Positions 48,322-60,544 of a DNA stretch of 64,000 nt are shown here, piece after piece. The translations under genes were made by a program, and so were the position numbers. The DNA comes from Epiperipatus broadwayi (lineage: Eukaryota > Animalia > Onychophora), in the NCBI GenBank assembly GCA_028023455.1, contig JAQFVV010000007.1, positions 13,888,001 to 13,952,000 of the forward strand, written 5' to 3'. The notes under the pieces are model-generated. The model had not been told where the DNA came from, did not search any database, and was given only the letters and a program-made list of their open reading frames with translations. Every line of letters starts with the position of its first letter. The first letter of the stretch is position 1.

Positions 48322-49024
48322 AAAAAAATAAAAATATTTGAGATTTTTATCAGTTTTAGTATTTTTTCCAGATAGCTGTAGAAAAACACTCAAATCTCAC
48401 CAGCATGCAGCACTATGAGAAGATTAGGAAGTGTTGTTACTTTACTGTGATTCATTTCTAAGCTGTTTCATCTATATCATTTTTACATTAATGTTATAAA
48501 AGCCCATGTACATCTATAAACTTTGGGTATTTCTTTGACTTATTCCAATTTGTTTTCTATAATGGTTTATATAAATCATAGTAATGTGAGGTTTCTTCTG
48601 TAAATTTCACCACAACATACTGCAATTCTAAAGAATAAAACATACATAGTAGAAGTCACTTGAGTATTCCTAGCCTACTTGAGATGTCTTTGATTTAAAT
48701 TGAGAAACTGAAACAGAATTCCAGAATATGTACTTTTTAACTTCAAATTTAGGAACTTTCCAAAATCATTTTTATAATTATAAGCATGATTGGATACTCT
48801 AAATATTAAAGATCATTGATATAAAATATATTTTATTTCACATGCACAGCATGATCCATTGAAATGTTATTTAGTTATATTTCCATATTGCCTGCTGTAC
48901 CATCTATGAATCAACATATCAATTATGTAATAAAATAGTTTAACTATTCACCATAAAAAATTTATGACATTAGCACATATTGGTCATTATATACACAATA
49001 AAATATTATAGTTTATGTCATAAG

Positions 49025-49196
49025 TTTGTGAATCATTTTCAGTGAAGTTCCCTGCTATTATGAAACTTTCAAAATACTTGAATAGCTTATTGTGACTCAT
49101 AACTTTGCTGCCATACATAGTTTGAATTATTTTAAATATCTCAGTAGTAGTTTTATCTGATTTAACATAAAATTTAATATTTTCTTTTTATTCCAT
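49025..49196 (-). mobile_element. Mariner transposase N-terminal (HTH) remnant
   Basis: ME*KENIKFYVKSDKTTTEIFKIIQTMYGSKVMSHNKLFKYFESF matches the mariner 'MEQR.NIKFC.KLGK..TET..M...YG...MS...VFEW..RF' pattern. Weaker catalytic-domain-like traces lie at about 48450-48700. Confidence 0.7.
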
Positions 49197-50136
49197 TATG
49201 GGTTAAAGTACCTTTGTACCATTTCATGTCATACTCATGATTCATACATACTAGTGTTTTAAAATTTATGTGATGAATAGCTAAACTACATTACTACATA
49301 ATGCATGAATTGATTCAGAGATAGCACTGCTATTAGCTTGGAGACAGCCAATCACATTTTCATTGATACACTGTCTATAGTTTTTATGTTTATATATATT
49401 CTTCTGAATGTGAAGCTTTTATCTTATAGTATATGAGTATGTGTGAATATTCATGTGCATGTATGCAACAGATAATCTAATCAGGGAGTTCAATTTTTAA
49501 CATACGATAACTTTGCATTTATTTTTCTTACTCATACAGACAATAAAAATTCAACTCAACTTATAATTACATCATTAAAATCAAATGTATATAGAAAAGC
49601 ATAAAGAAATCTCTAAAAGGATTCAAACCACAATATATTCATTAATCATTTGCTTCTTTAACTGCCTCTTACACTGCTCGTACATTCACAAGTGGGATAT
49701 TAAAAAATATTACCAACAGGGAAGTTTATAAAAAAAGGAGGAGGGAAAAAAGCATAAAATAAGATACACATTATTAATAATATATATAAAAAAAAAACGT
49801 TGGCACAATGACAAATGACGATAATAGCATCCTCTAAGAATTATAAATATATATATGAAGATTCATTAATAACACAAGTTAGGTGTATATTCATGCAAAA
49901 AAAAAAAATAGTAGGAAAAAATCTGCAGATGAAAATCACAGCAGGTAAAAAATAAACAAGATAGTGTCTGCTATTAATAAATGTCAAACAGGTCTTTATA
50001 ATTAGATACTATCAAAAAGAAAAAAAGATCGAAAAGGGGAGTGTAAAAAAAATAGTGAGAAGAGGAAAAATGTAATTTAATCAAATGTTATTAAACCCAA
50101 ATTTAATATTCTTGTAAATATAAAACATAACATTTT

Positions 50137-50950
50137 ATGATCTATAAAACTGCATACTGCTTGTGCAGTATGTGTATCTTAGTGTAGTGTTATAAAGGAA
50201 CATGTTAACCTTTATGATGTACTTATTGATAAATATCAGAATTGTAAAGTAAATCAATTGTAGTCTTCTTTTGTAAATCAACACCCATAATCACATGACA
50301 TAGTGTCATATTTTTAACATGTTATGATCTACATATTTACATATTATTTGTGCAGTGTGTGTATCTTACTGTTAAACTTTATGATGTACTTATTGCTAAA
50401 TATCAAAATTGTAAAGTAAATCAATCATAGACTGTTTTGGTAGATCAACACACATCATTATGAGACTTAGTATTATATTTTTAACATTTTATGATCTACA
50501 AATTTGAACATTGTTTTTGCAATATGTGTATCTTTTTTTTTAAGTGTCATAGCATTGGCCGGGACGCAAACCTGCAACCTGGGCAACTGCCTGCAAATGC
50601 AAGGCTGTCGCGCTGACCTCTCAACCACCAATGCAAGACCAATATGTGTATCTTGGTGTTATAAATGAACATGTTAAACTTTATGATATACTTTTTGCTA
50701 AATATCAAAATTGTAAAGCAAATCAATTGCAGATTGCTTTTGTAGACCAACACACATTATAGCATGACTTAATGTCACATTTTTAATATTTTATGATCTA
50801 TAAATTTGCATACTGTTTTTTGCAGTATGTGTATCTTAGTATTATAAAAAACATGTTAAACTTTATGATGTACTTATTGTTAAATATCAAAATTGCAAAT
50901 TAAATCAATTGCACTCATTATCACATGACTTCAATGTCATATTTTTTAGC
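50137..50950. repeat. Tandem satellite, about 170-190 bp unit, 4 units (third interrupted by a SINE)
   Basis: Units start atgatcta at 50137, 50324, 50491 and 50793 and share gcagtatgtgtatctt...aaactttatgatgtacttatt...aaatatcaaaattgtaaag. Confidence 0.93.
50535..50639 (-). mobile_element. Short tRNA-derived SINE (copy 2) with 15-bp TSD
   Basis: Reverse complement GCATTGGTGGTTGAGAGGTCAGC...GGTTTGCGTCCCGGCCAATGC-TATGACAC-TT-A-run, with a perfect 7-bp acceptor-like stem. TSD caatatgtgtatctt at 50520-50534 and 50640-50654. Confidence 0.92.
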
Positions 50951-51486
50951 TATCTTAACTAATATTGTCAGAAACTTAATATACAATTATATATATATAT
51001 TAAACTACAACAAATAATTTTATTCTTATCATGCTCAATACACCACTCTCTATTTGTCAAAATATAGCTTTTCCAACATAAAGATAATACATTTATATTT
51101 TCCACTTCTTAAAAGGTTATCAATTTGACAAATGTTCTTAATAATGACAAATGTCTAAATAGACACAGATGTTAACTAAGCCTCATCAGCAGGACTAACA
51201 ATTTAACTTTATATGGTAGACTTAATTTATAACCATTTTACTACATTTGTGAATAAATAATCAAATATTAAATATACAAATGTGTGAAACTAAATTGTTA
51301 TTTGTATTAAGTGAGGGTTCATGATTGGTTAGGTTAATAAGAACTAAAAAGTATAAGTGTATTTATTTTATGGGTGTCAAGCTAAATCTGACAATAAAGA
51401 ACAATACATTTAATGCTTAGATAATTTATCATTCCAGTGGTTTTATTTATTATCATTTTTAATATATAATGTGTGTGTGTTAAAGA

Positions 51487-52430
51487 TTTTAATATGTGGA
51501 AATATCTTTTATATTTTCATATTAGAAATATGTCATCAGATGTTAATATAAAGTAATCCAAAAAATAGTAAACCATAAATGCTTCTTGCTTTCAAAGGAG
51601 TGTTTTTTTTCTCAAAATGCAATCATTTGGTGTTATATAAAGACTAAAGCACTATAGTATTTATTTACAATTTAGGATAGAAAGTTCACAATCTTTTATA
51701 TATTTTTATTAATAGTAGACTGTTCCTACTTTCAGTTAGATGTTATACATTAATTTCTAATACAAGTAGGTATTGAAATGTTTTAATATGTGGAAACATC
51801 AGTTATATTTTATATTAGAAAAATAATCATCAGATGTTGATAAACAGTAATCAAAGAAAAATAATAAACTGTGAATGTTTCCTGAATTTAAAAGAGTATA
51901 TCTTCTAAATGCAATCTTTTAGTGTCATGTAGAAACCAAAGTGCTACATTATGTATTTACAGTTTAAGGAAAGAAAGTTTAAAATCTTTCAGACATTACT
52001 TATTAGTAATCAACTTTTCCATCTTTAATTTAGATATTATAAGTTAATAATTTTTAACAGATGTAATTGTTAAAATGTTTTAATATGTGAAAATAATTGT
52101 TAAATTTTCATATTAGAAATATTACTATCAGAAGGTAATAGACAGTAATCAATAAAAACAATAAAATGTATATGTTTCTTGCATTAAAACTCTTCTAAAT
52201 GCAGTATTTTGGTGTTATGTAGAGACTAAAATGCAACAGTATTTATTTACAGTTTAAGGAGAGAAATCTCACAACTTTCACACATTTTTATTAATAATAG
52301 ACTGTTCCACCTTTCATTTAGATATTATAAATTAATATCTAATTACTGTCTATATATTGATAATAATTTTTCTAATATGAAAATATAACATATTTTTATG
52401 TATTAAAATATTTCAACAATTACACCTGTT
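51487..52430. repeat. Tandem satellite, about 295-bp unit, 3 units plus a partial
   Basis: ttttaatatgtg(g/a)aa at 51487, 51781, 52078 and about 52368, with shared tcatattagaaa...atcag, gtgt(t/c)at...gac, ttacagtttaagga. Confidence 0.9.
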
Positions 52431-52434
52431 AAAA

Positions 52435-52539
<105 letters not shown>

Positions 52540-52859
52540 TTGGTAGGTTTATAGTTTACTTCAATTGATGTATTATGTGACTTTTTTAAAAAGTTAAATT
52601 ATTATTCTATATTTACAGTCAATTTTGCATAGATGAAGGCTTGAATTCACCTATTTTTTCATTTTGGTTTTCTTTTTTTAATATTCATGGTGCAAAAACT
52701 TTTAATAAAATATAAATTAAATTATATATATTGGAAAATGTCTATATAAGTAAGAAAATATTTGTAAGTTTTAATGGCCATAATACTAAAAATATAGATG
52801 TTAGTTGAATTTTGAGCTACATTATATCATTCTCTTTTCACTTTAAGAGTGCTAGTGCT

Positions 52860-53030
52860 GATAAAGATTAAGAAAGTGTTGAAATCAGAAAAAATCATTA
52901 TTACAGATTTGTTGATGACATAACAATGTTGGCAGATCATAAATAAGCTACATATATTGTCTAGGTTTGATAAATGTTTGAAAGAATTAAGAAGAAAATA
53001 AAATTAAATTAGTGAATGAAGACAGTAAAA
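52860..53030 (+). mobile_element. Decayed RTE-like RT fragment (catalytic motif)
   Basis: ESVEIRKNHYYRFVDDITMLAD resembles RTE 'GV.I.G..I..LRFADDI.LLA'. Confidence 0.5.
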
Positions 53031-53399
53031 AAATATGAAATTATATCTGACAATATAATTTTCTTGATAACAAGTTTATATGAATTTTTTTGTTCTCTAA
53101 TCTACTATAATTATTATTCAAATTAATATGCCTATAAAATTTATCATAAACTGATAAAGTTCAATGAATATCTCTTTTATGACTTGTTTTTCAATTGATT
53201 GATTTATATTTTGTAATCAAAAAAACCCAAGAGAATAACTTATATTAATAATATCACTAAATGTATGCCATGCATTAGAATACTGCCTAAAGTTATGAAA
53301 GCTTTATTAATCACAATAAATACAATGGTGAAAAATATATTTCTCATAAACATAATGCTGGTATCTTTTTGAATAAATACTTCATTTATTTTTTATCTT

Positions 53400-53700
53400 T
53401 AATATAGTTAGATATGTAACACAAATGTGAAAATTCCAAATTTTCTTTTAAATCATCAGTATACACCTTAATTAATAATAGTACTAAGATTTCTCCTAAA
53501 GATGCTGCTAAATTGCAATAAAATGATTGAGAAGATTTGCTAAATCTCCCATAAGCCATTCATTCTCCATTAGAATATTCAACAATTTAATCATATTTTG
53601 AGAGAAATCTAATTTGTTTATTGTAAAGAAAGCATAGTATTGTTTACATTATCAAAGGCTTTGGACAAATCAAAATAAAATTCAATCAGCATTAATATTC
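53400..53700 (-). mobile_element. Decayed non-LTR (CR1/L2-like) RT fragment
   Basis: FYFDLSKAFDNVN (DLSKAFD at 53651-53671) followed by LGEILVLLLIKVYTDDL, a degenerate 'PQGSILGPLLF.IY.NDL'. Confidence 0.7.
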
Positions 53701-54329
53701 AGCAACATAATAAATATAATCAAATACTGTAAAATTAGTTTCATCTCTATCATGAAAAAAATGTCACATTGCAGCTAAGATTTTACTTACATTAGCAATT
53801 ATTCTATTATAAACATGTTTTTTAAACATTCGTGAAATTGTATGAAGACCTGAAATAAGACTTTAATTACTAAAACAATATTTAAACCATTTTTAAAATT
53901 TGGTGCAACTTTGAAAATTTTAAGCAAGTTGGGAAAATGCACTTTTGAAATAAGAATGTAATGAAGAGAAATAAACAGCTGTGACATCGCACATCTTTTT
54001 ACATAAAACAAGATTTATTATCATAATCTAAATTTTAAGTTGTTTAATAATTCTATAATGTTCTCATTAACTGAATTAATGAACAGAAATAATTTTATTA
54101 TGTAAATCACAAGATAATCTTTTAAAATGATTTGAGGTTTTCCAGATAATTCAGAAAAATGAAGTGAAAAGTTGTCAACTTATGAATTAGGGTTTATCAA
54201 AACAAGTCTTTTTTCTAGTCCTCTAGAATCATTAACAAAAGACCAGATGCAAACTCCTTAAGTTTAACACATTGACTGTGTTTGATATATATAATATAAA
54301 TAAAATGTCCTTTAATTATAACAATATTG

Positions 54330-54539
54330 TAATCATAATAAAAATAATAAATTTAACGGTAATAAACTATTATAAAGTCTTTCAATCTGCAGAAGCACTT
54401 TCGGTTAATTTCTTAAACCTGCCTTAACCGAAATAATAAATATAACGGTAGAAACTATTATAAACTGTCGTTCTGTGGATTGAAAGACTGTTTATAATAG
54501 TTTATTACCATTATATTTATTATTTTTATTATGATTATA
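54330..54539. repeat. Inverted pair of the PLE 1 3' end (family H4)
   Basis: 54330-54394 versus the reverse complement of 54471-54538 is roughly 90% identical. The left arm through 54427 matches 25481-25580 and carries AGGUUUAAGAAAUUAACC-GAAA-GUGC-U-U-CUGCAG on the minus strand. Confidence 0.85.
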
Positions 54540-54702
54540 TATATCCAATTACAACAATAATTTTATTTATTCAGTAAATATCAAGTAAATATACAGGAAT
54601 ATAAACTACACGTTTGAAAAGCCTTGAGCAAGGTGTTTAAAATAATACAAAAATGATTAAAAACACAAAATATTATTTAGTATAAGATTTTTTTTAAAAG
54701 TC

Positions 54703-54736
<34 letters not shown>

Positions 54737-55996
54737 TTTTTTGTTGGATATCAATGATATGTGATGATATTTATGATATTTCTTCACAGTCATCACATAA
54801 AAAAACATGAATAAGGAGATGGACATTTATATAATTTTTAAAAGTTGAAGGTGATTTGCTCGAACTTGATGACAACATTTCAGTACTCTTAATACCAATT
54901 TAAGTACTTATATGATGTATTTATTTTTTTAGTGATGATAATCTTTCTTTAAAAACTTTTAACTTTCTGAAAAATATTGTAGACCAGTAACACATGTATA
55001 TAAGAATGCAAATAGAAAGTATAGTTAAATTTTATTAATAATAATTTTGCATGTATTAAAGAATCTCACAATTATAAAATGTTTGTTTGTTTTATGTGGT
55101 TAACTTATCAATCCAAGTTGAGTAAAGTTTGAAAAAATTAAGATTCCAATGAAACTTGTTTTTCAGACATTTGGCCAATAATCAAGCTATCTAACCAGTC
55201 ACTACTGATTTATAAAATATTTTAAACTAAAGCATGAATTCTTAAATAAAAGTCTAAAGACCCAATGCTATCTGTGCTAAAAGTTTAAGGGACCAATCCA
55301 CTATATCATGTTTTTTTTAATAATTGTATTTGAGCATATGTAATTAATACCCTTTGTATCCTTATTTTATACATTTAAATATATTATAAATGTTGCTGGT
55401 TGAGATGAGATAAAATAATATGCATATGAATTTAAATTGTAAGTTGTGGTAAATGGATTATAAGTGAAGGTTCTAAAATATCTATAGTCTAAAAGGTTGA
55501 TCTGATTTCTGTGCTGATGGATGGTTGTAATACAATTGAGCTAAGGTAAAAAATATACTGGGAAAAAAAACTTGCAAATGATTTTTCACCCCTTCATAAG
55601 ATGTTAAAAGTGGATATAAACTATATTCTATCTTGTGTGAGAGTATCATGTAATAAAAGTTATGAAAACTATCAATATAGGAGATTTGAATGCAGATTTT
55701 TAAGCCCTATCACTAAATCTGATGATGGAACTCCCAAATCCCATGATGATGCCAATATTGTTGTCATACCCATGTTGACCTCAAGTCATGTATTATTAAG
55801 TGAGTCTTAAAATATGTAATTGAGCTAAGGATAATGTCTATCCTAATAAATGATTAGTAAAAGTTATTAACATATTTCCATAATGTGATTTGTGCTAATG
55901 TTGTAAAGCAGAAAATTTGAAAAAAGTCACTTAAACTATAGTAATTTGCTATCTACATATATACTGAATAAATAATGAAGATATATGTGAGAGATT

Positions 55997-56056
55997 GTGA
56001 TTTGGACGAACTGATGAGTGCTGGTTCAGTGTGAAATGCACATTTTGGGGATTATT
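55997..56056 (+). ncRNA. Type I hammerhead ribozyme motif, family H1 (both core strands intact)
   Basis: GUGAUU-UGGA-CGAA-CUGAUGA(56011-56017)-GUGCUG-GUU-CAGUGU-GAAA-UGCACA-U-U-UUGG-G-GAUUAUU. Confidence 0.83.
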
Positions 56057-56150
56057 TATCTTTTCATGTCTTCAGTAATGTGTGATAAAATAAAAGGTTG
56101 AAATATATTGTAATATATATTATATATTGAAATATATATTATACAAAGTA

Positions 56151-56250
56151 AAAATTAAATATCTTTAAAAAGAATATATATATATATATATATGAAGTTA
56201 AAAATTAAATATCTTTAAAAAGAATATATATATATATATATATGAAGTTA
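56151..56250. repeat. Perfect 50-bp tandem duplication containing (AT)n
   Basis: 56151-56200 equals 56201-56250 (aaaattaaatatctttaaaaagaat(at)n gaagtta). Confidence 0.95.
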
Positions 56251-56544
56251 AATTGTAACATGCATATATAAACATCACTGTTATAAGCAAGCATAAGAAA
56301 TGGTGATCATGTTATGTTTATTGGCTTAAAACCAATACTTCCTAATATGATAATGGTGGCTATGGTTATTAAAAATCAAAGTCAACAAAATGTATAGGTA
56401 CTGAACTGATTTCAGACTTATATGTCTATATAAGCTAATGAACTTGGATTAAAAATATTATACTATTTTCAATTTAAAACTCATAGTTTTGTAGTTAAGA
56501 AGAGATAAAAGGTGGTTGCTGGAGGGTTGCATTAGATCCTAAAA

Positions 56545-56725
56545 TCTATATGCAGTGCTCTCAGATCCAAGGCTCCTCATTGATGAAGGCCACAAGTCAG
56601 AAACTAGTTTTGGGATATTGGATGAGTAGGCACTAGATGGGGATTTTATGCACAAGTCTTCTGGCATCCATTGATTACTCGAGCTTGCACTGAGTGGCAA
56701 TACATATAGAGAGTTTTGCTTGTTT
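56545..56725 (+). ncRNA. Family H2 repeat (single orientation) with hammerhead motif
   Basis: AUCCAA-GG-CUCCUCA-UUGAUGA-A-GGC-CACAA-GUC-A-GAAA-CUAG-U-U-UUGGGA-UA-UUGGAU. Distal stem I AUCCAA/UUGGAU is perfect; C3>U. Confidence 0.75.
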
Positions 56726-57675
56726 TAATAACATCCATGTATGGTTTATTTGAAAAAAAGTGGGTTTCTAATATATTTAAAGTGTGAGATGTTGGTCTGA
56801 TATCCAGGTTGAGGAATTACTGTGTTAGGATTGAGCTGAAGTTAAAAGTTGCACTGATTAAAACAAAAAACTTGCAAATTAATTAATTTAGAGTATAGTG
56901 AAAACTTAGCACAATTTTTATTCCGATGTAACTTATTCTAAATTCAATAAATATGACTTTGAAAAAGTTGCTAAGGATAGCAGATATGATTTATGACATT
57001 GTGAAAAATCTCAAATTTCTAAATGTCTGAGGAAAACAATTTCTTAAACAGATAGATGTTGGACTGTGTTAGATTATCAGATATTGAAATTGGGAGAAAG
57101 TTTCTAATTTTAATTTTGAATAATTATAAAAATTTGATATAAATATATTAATGTTGAATGTCATAGAACCATATGCCACTTCATTCTGAGGAGGGATTCA
57201 TTGTTTTTAACTGCCTAGCAGCTGTTTTCCCAAAGGTCAAAACTATCTGTGATTTCATTTCAACAAACATTAAAATAAATGTTAGCCTGGTAATGTCTTT
57301 AAAAGATAGTCTCAATACAAAAACCCATCCCATTATCAGGTTATCCATCTTCTTAAACTATGCCATATCAGTCACTAGATGTAGACTGGTGATAGAACGT
57401 CCCCAATCAGATGAAATTCAATTCTTTGCACATACCCTTAAAAAAAATGAAAAAAAGAGATGAATTCTTAGTCTCTTCAAAACAGTTAAGGACACATGGA
57501 ACCTCATTTCAATCCCCTCACAGGGAAATTCAACCACAATAATCAACATAATACAACAAGGGCAAGCAATAACCACAAATCCTAAAAGTACACAAAAACA
57601 CCTCATCTGCAGGGGTATTACGATATTACAACCGAATGGTAAAAGATTAAAACACCGGACATTCTAGAGACTCAC

Positions 57676-57718
57676 CATTAGAAAATATTTGAAACACTAT
57701 GTAAGGCAGCCTGGCCAT
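57676..57718 (-). CDS. Candidate first coding exon of an unidentified host gene
   Basis: gtgATGG start context, MARLPYIVFQIFSN plus 1 nt, ending at a consensus donor TG|GTGAGT, with a CpG-richer region upstream (57.7-59.9 kb). No downstream exon identified. Confidence 0.25.
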
Positions 57719-58567
57719 CACAGGAATAAACAGGTGTGTATATCAAGTGTATAAATAAAAATTAATTTGAAAAAAAAAAAGATCTATAGAACAATAAAAC
57801 GTTAAAAATCTCTGAGCTAAATGAGAAAATAAGAATGGGATACTTTGTAAATTTTTATGATTCAATAATTAACAAGCTTACTAATTAATGTTTTCCTATT
57901 CATTTTTATCTTACGAAAAATTATTAAAAAGGTCTTGATCCTCAATTGTTTTTGTAAAGTGTTGTTTACAGATCATTAAAATACTTTTATGTATTTGGAT
58001 ATATATAAGTACACAAATTCACGTATATGCATTAATGTTCGCATACACTTTTATTTTTCTCTATAGTTATACTTTAAAACGTTTTTAATTTGATACATTT
58101 TTACTTTTCTTGTTTCAAAGGGTCTAATTTTAGAATTTGATAGTATTAAGTTTGTTTTTCTGTGAGAAATTAATGATATGGATATAAATAGAGCTATCTT
58201 AGTTCGATCTCCCGTTTGCTTGAATCAAATAGGGGATCATTTATGTCTTACACAATGTTTTCTTTGTTCTGAAAATCAAGCGCTATATTGAGAAGTGGAT
58301 GGTTTATCTCATTTTATGTTTTTCACATTGCTGGTTAAGATATTTTTCTTTATTTCTCACTCTTAAGATGCGATGTGAGCTTTTTTAACTGACAAAAACG
58401 ATTTGATATAACCTTTTGTTGGTTTGTCACACATATAGAAAGGTTCTCTATAATCTGCGCAGTAGCAATGACAACAAAATGACTTGAGTTAGTCCGTATA
58501 TCTTTCACATGGCTTCTTAAGATTCACAGAGTGATAAAAATTTATTTTATCTAAGATATATAGGGTA

Positions 58568-58668
58568 TATGAGCACAGACTATCTTTTCAACATATATGT
58601 GTTCAAGTGTATCAGTGTTATGAGATAGTGTGGAGAGTGGTGGGTCGTATGAAAGTCTGTGCTCATAT
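58568..58668. repeat. 15-bp perfect inverted repeat, about 70-nt spacer
   Basis: atatgagcacagact versus agtctgtgctcatat, extendable by a few bases with mismatches. Confidence 0.85.
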
Positions 58669-59929
58669 TCCACATATATAGACACAGGTATAAAATAAGC
58701 CTGTGCATTTCAGTTATTTATCTAAGATGAAAATATATTAACAAAATGTAAATTGTTAAAATTGAACACCGAAATTCTTTTTACGAAAGGGGCTAAATAA
58801 TTGTTAATAAAAAGAGACCTGGGTATCGTTCCTTTTTACAAAAATGTTAATATATATATAATAATGTTTATATATATATAATGGAACTGTATACAAACGT
58901 ATATATAAACAAACTAAATTTAATATTAGGTAAGCATAGAACTACTGTGCAGTAGTATTTAGCCATCCCATAAAATCAATTTTAATAATAAATAACATTC
59001 TTTTAGATTTTAATTTAAAAAATACGTAATATGCCCTGAGTAATTAACCCGGTAAGAGTGTAATAGCCCCAAGGTTTAAAGGTTATGGAATCAGTTGATT
59101 AAAACAAAACCTCATTTATGTTCAGAAGTTTTAATGCTTTCGCAATTTCCCATGTACAATTAATCATATGATGAATAAATAGATATTACTGGTGCAATAC
59201 TTTTAACGTGACCACTGAAAAATTAACTTCTAACACATAGATAAATTATAATGGAGTCCTCTACATTTTCACAACCTATAGACTTTTATTTTTTTAGCTT
59301 GAGTTACAGTTAACATTAATGTGTGCATAATTTCGAACACACATATTAAAAACACTGCTCAAAAAATAAATAAATAAACATTAATTAAAGACAAACACGC
59401 AATTTAGTAAATAAATGAAAATTAATTAACTATAAGTGCGATTTATTTACTTATCATCGAAAGTAGAACAGAGAGTTTAAACTAATAACCTTTTAAGAAA
59501 TATTTCAATCTATTTTTCATTTTAATTGCTAAATCTTACACAACACAATCAGAAATAGCAAAGAAGAGGAAAAATAGATCCTTAAATAAACTCGCTGAAC
59601 TATATTTTAAAGAAGAAAGGGGGGGGGTAGAAAATCTTATCTTATATTACTGTGCAGTAATAATATAAAAATGTGTGATATTTTTAAATAGTAATTGTGT
59701 TGTTATAATATATAATATTTATATTTAATATTCAATAAAGCCGAAGAAAAAATTGTTTGGTAAATGTTGGTTTATTATTATTACTAACGTATAAATGTGC
59801 TGTTCAGATATATAAACTTTAAACCGTAAGTGCTACCAGATGACTAGTTGTTATGCCTATGCTCATATAAATCAATAGAATGCCAATAATCACATATCAA
59901 GACACGACTTATTTTTAATTAATCTCATC

Positions 59930-60062
59930 CACCAGTACTTAAATAAGTCAATAGAAAATCAACAATCTCCTATCAAGGCAATATTCATTTTTAGATAATA
60001 AATGAGAGTTGCCTTGACAACAGATGATTGGTATTTTATTGGTTTATTTAAGCATTGACTGT
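59930..60062. repeat. Imperfect about 60-bp-arm palindrome; family shared with 5.3/5.65 kb
   Basis: tacttaaataagtcaat...tcaaggcaatattcattt versus aaatgagagttgccttga...ttatttaagcattgact, roughly 70% by eye. Confidence 0.65.
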
Positions 60063-60544
60063 AGTGGTGTGATTTATGAAAACTTTAATATACAGAATAC
60101 TTTGTATTGGATGTAAATAGACATGAAGAAATGTCGGCTTCAATCACTGTTTCAATATATTGTTAATATGGTTGCCATATTACATTAAAAAGTTGACAAT
60201 TACCCTACAATGTATATGCATTTCAGGAATTACTATCTTTGTCAGTTGCCTTGAAGTATTGCAAACAATCCATACAAAAGTCTTAACCAATAATTTCTTT
60301 ACAATTGTAATAGCAACTGACTTATTGTTAAAGAGTAAGAATGTTTGATTCTACAATCATTTACTATAAATTAATCTATTTAAATATTTATGAAACATTT
60401 ATTGGAAGATTTACTGTATACACAGAAGAGTAGATTCTACACTACAGTAGAATTTAAAATATTTAATATTACTACAGACTCATTGAACTTAACATAAACT
60501 TAATGAATAATAAAATATTATTTAGTTATAAGAGCCAATTGTAG

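Noticed and set aside
50552-50634. Apparent covariation in the SINE long stem (GCGAC/GTTGC versus GTGAC/GTCAC)
   Set aside because: Fully explained by independent CpG decay from GCGAC/GTCGC, so it is not evidence of selection.
47908-52430. CRISPR array interpretation of the tandem repeats
   Set aside because: The units are degenerate along their whole length with no constant repeat/unique spacer pattern, there are no cas genes, and the context is eukaryotic.
57173-57606. ORFs 57173-57463(+) and 57418-57606(-), and other short AT-rich ORFs across the window (for example 10599-10844, 46627-46860, 55601-55810)
   Set aside because: No recognisable domains or splice context; lengths are within chance expectation.
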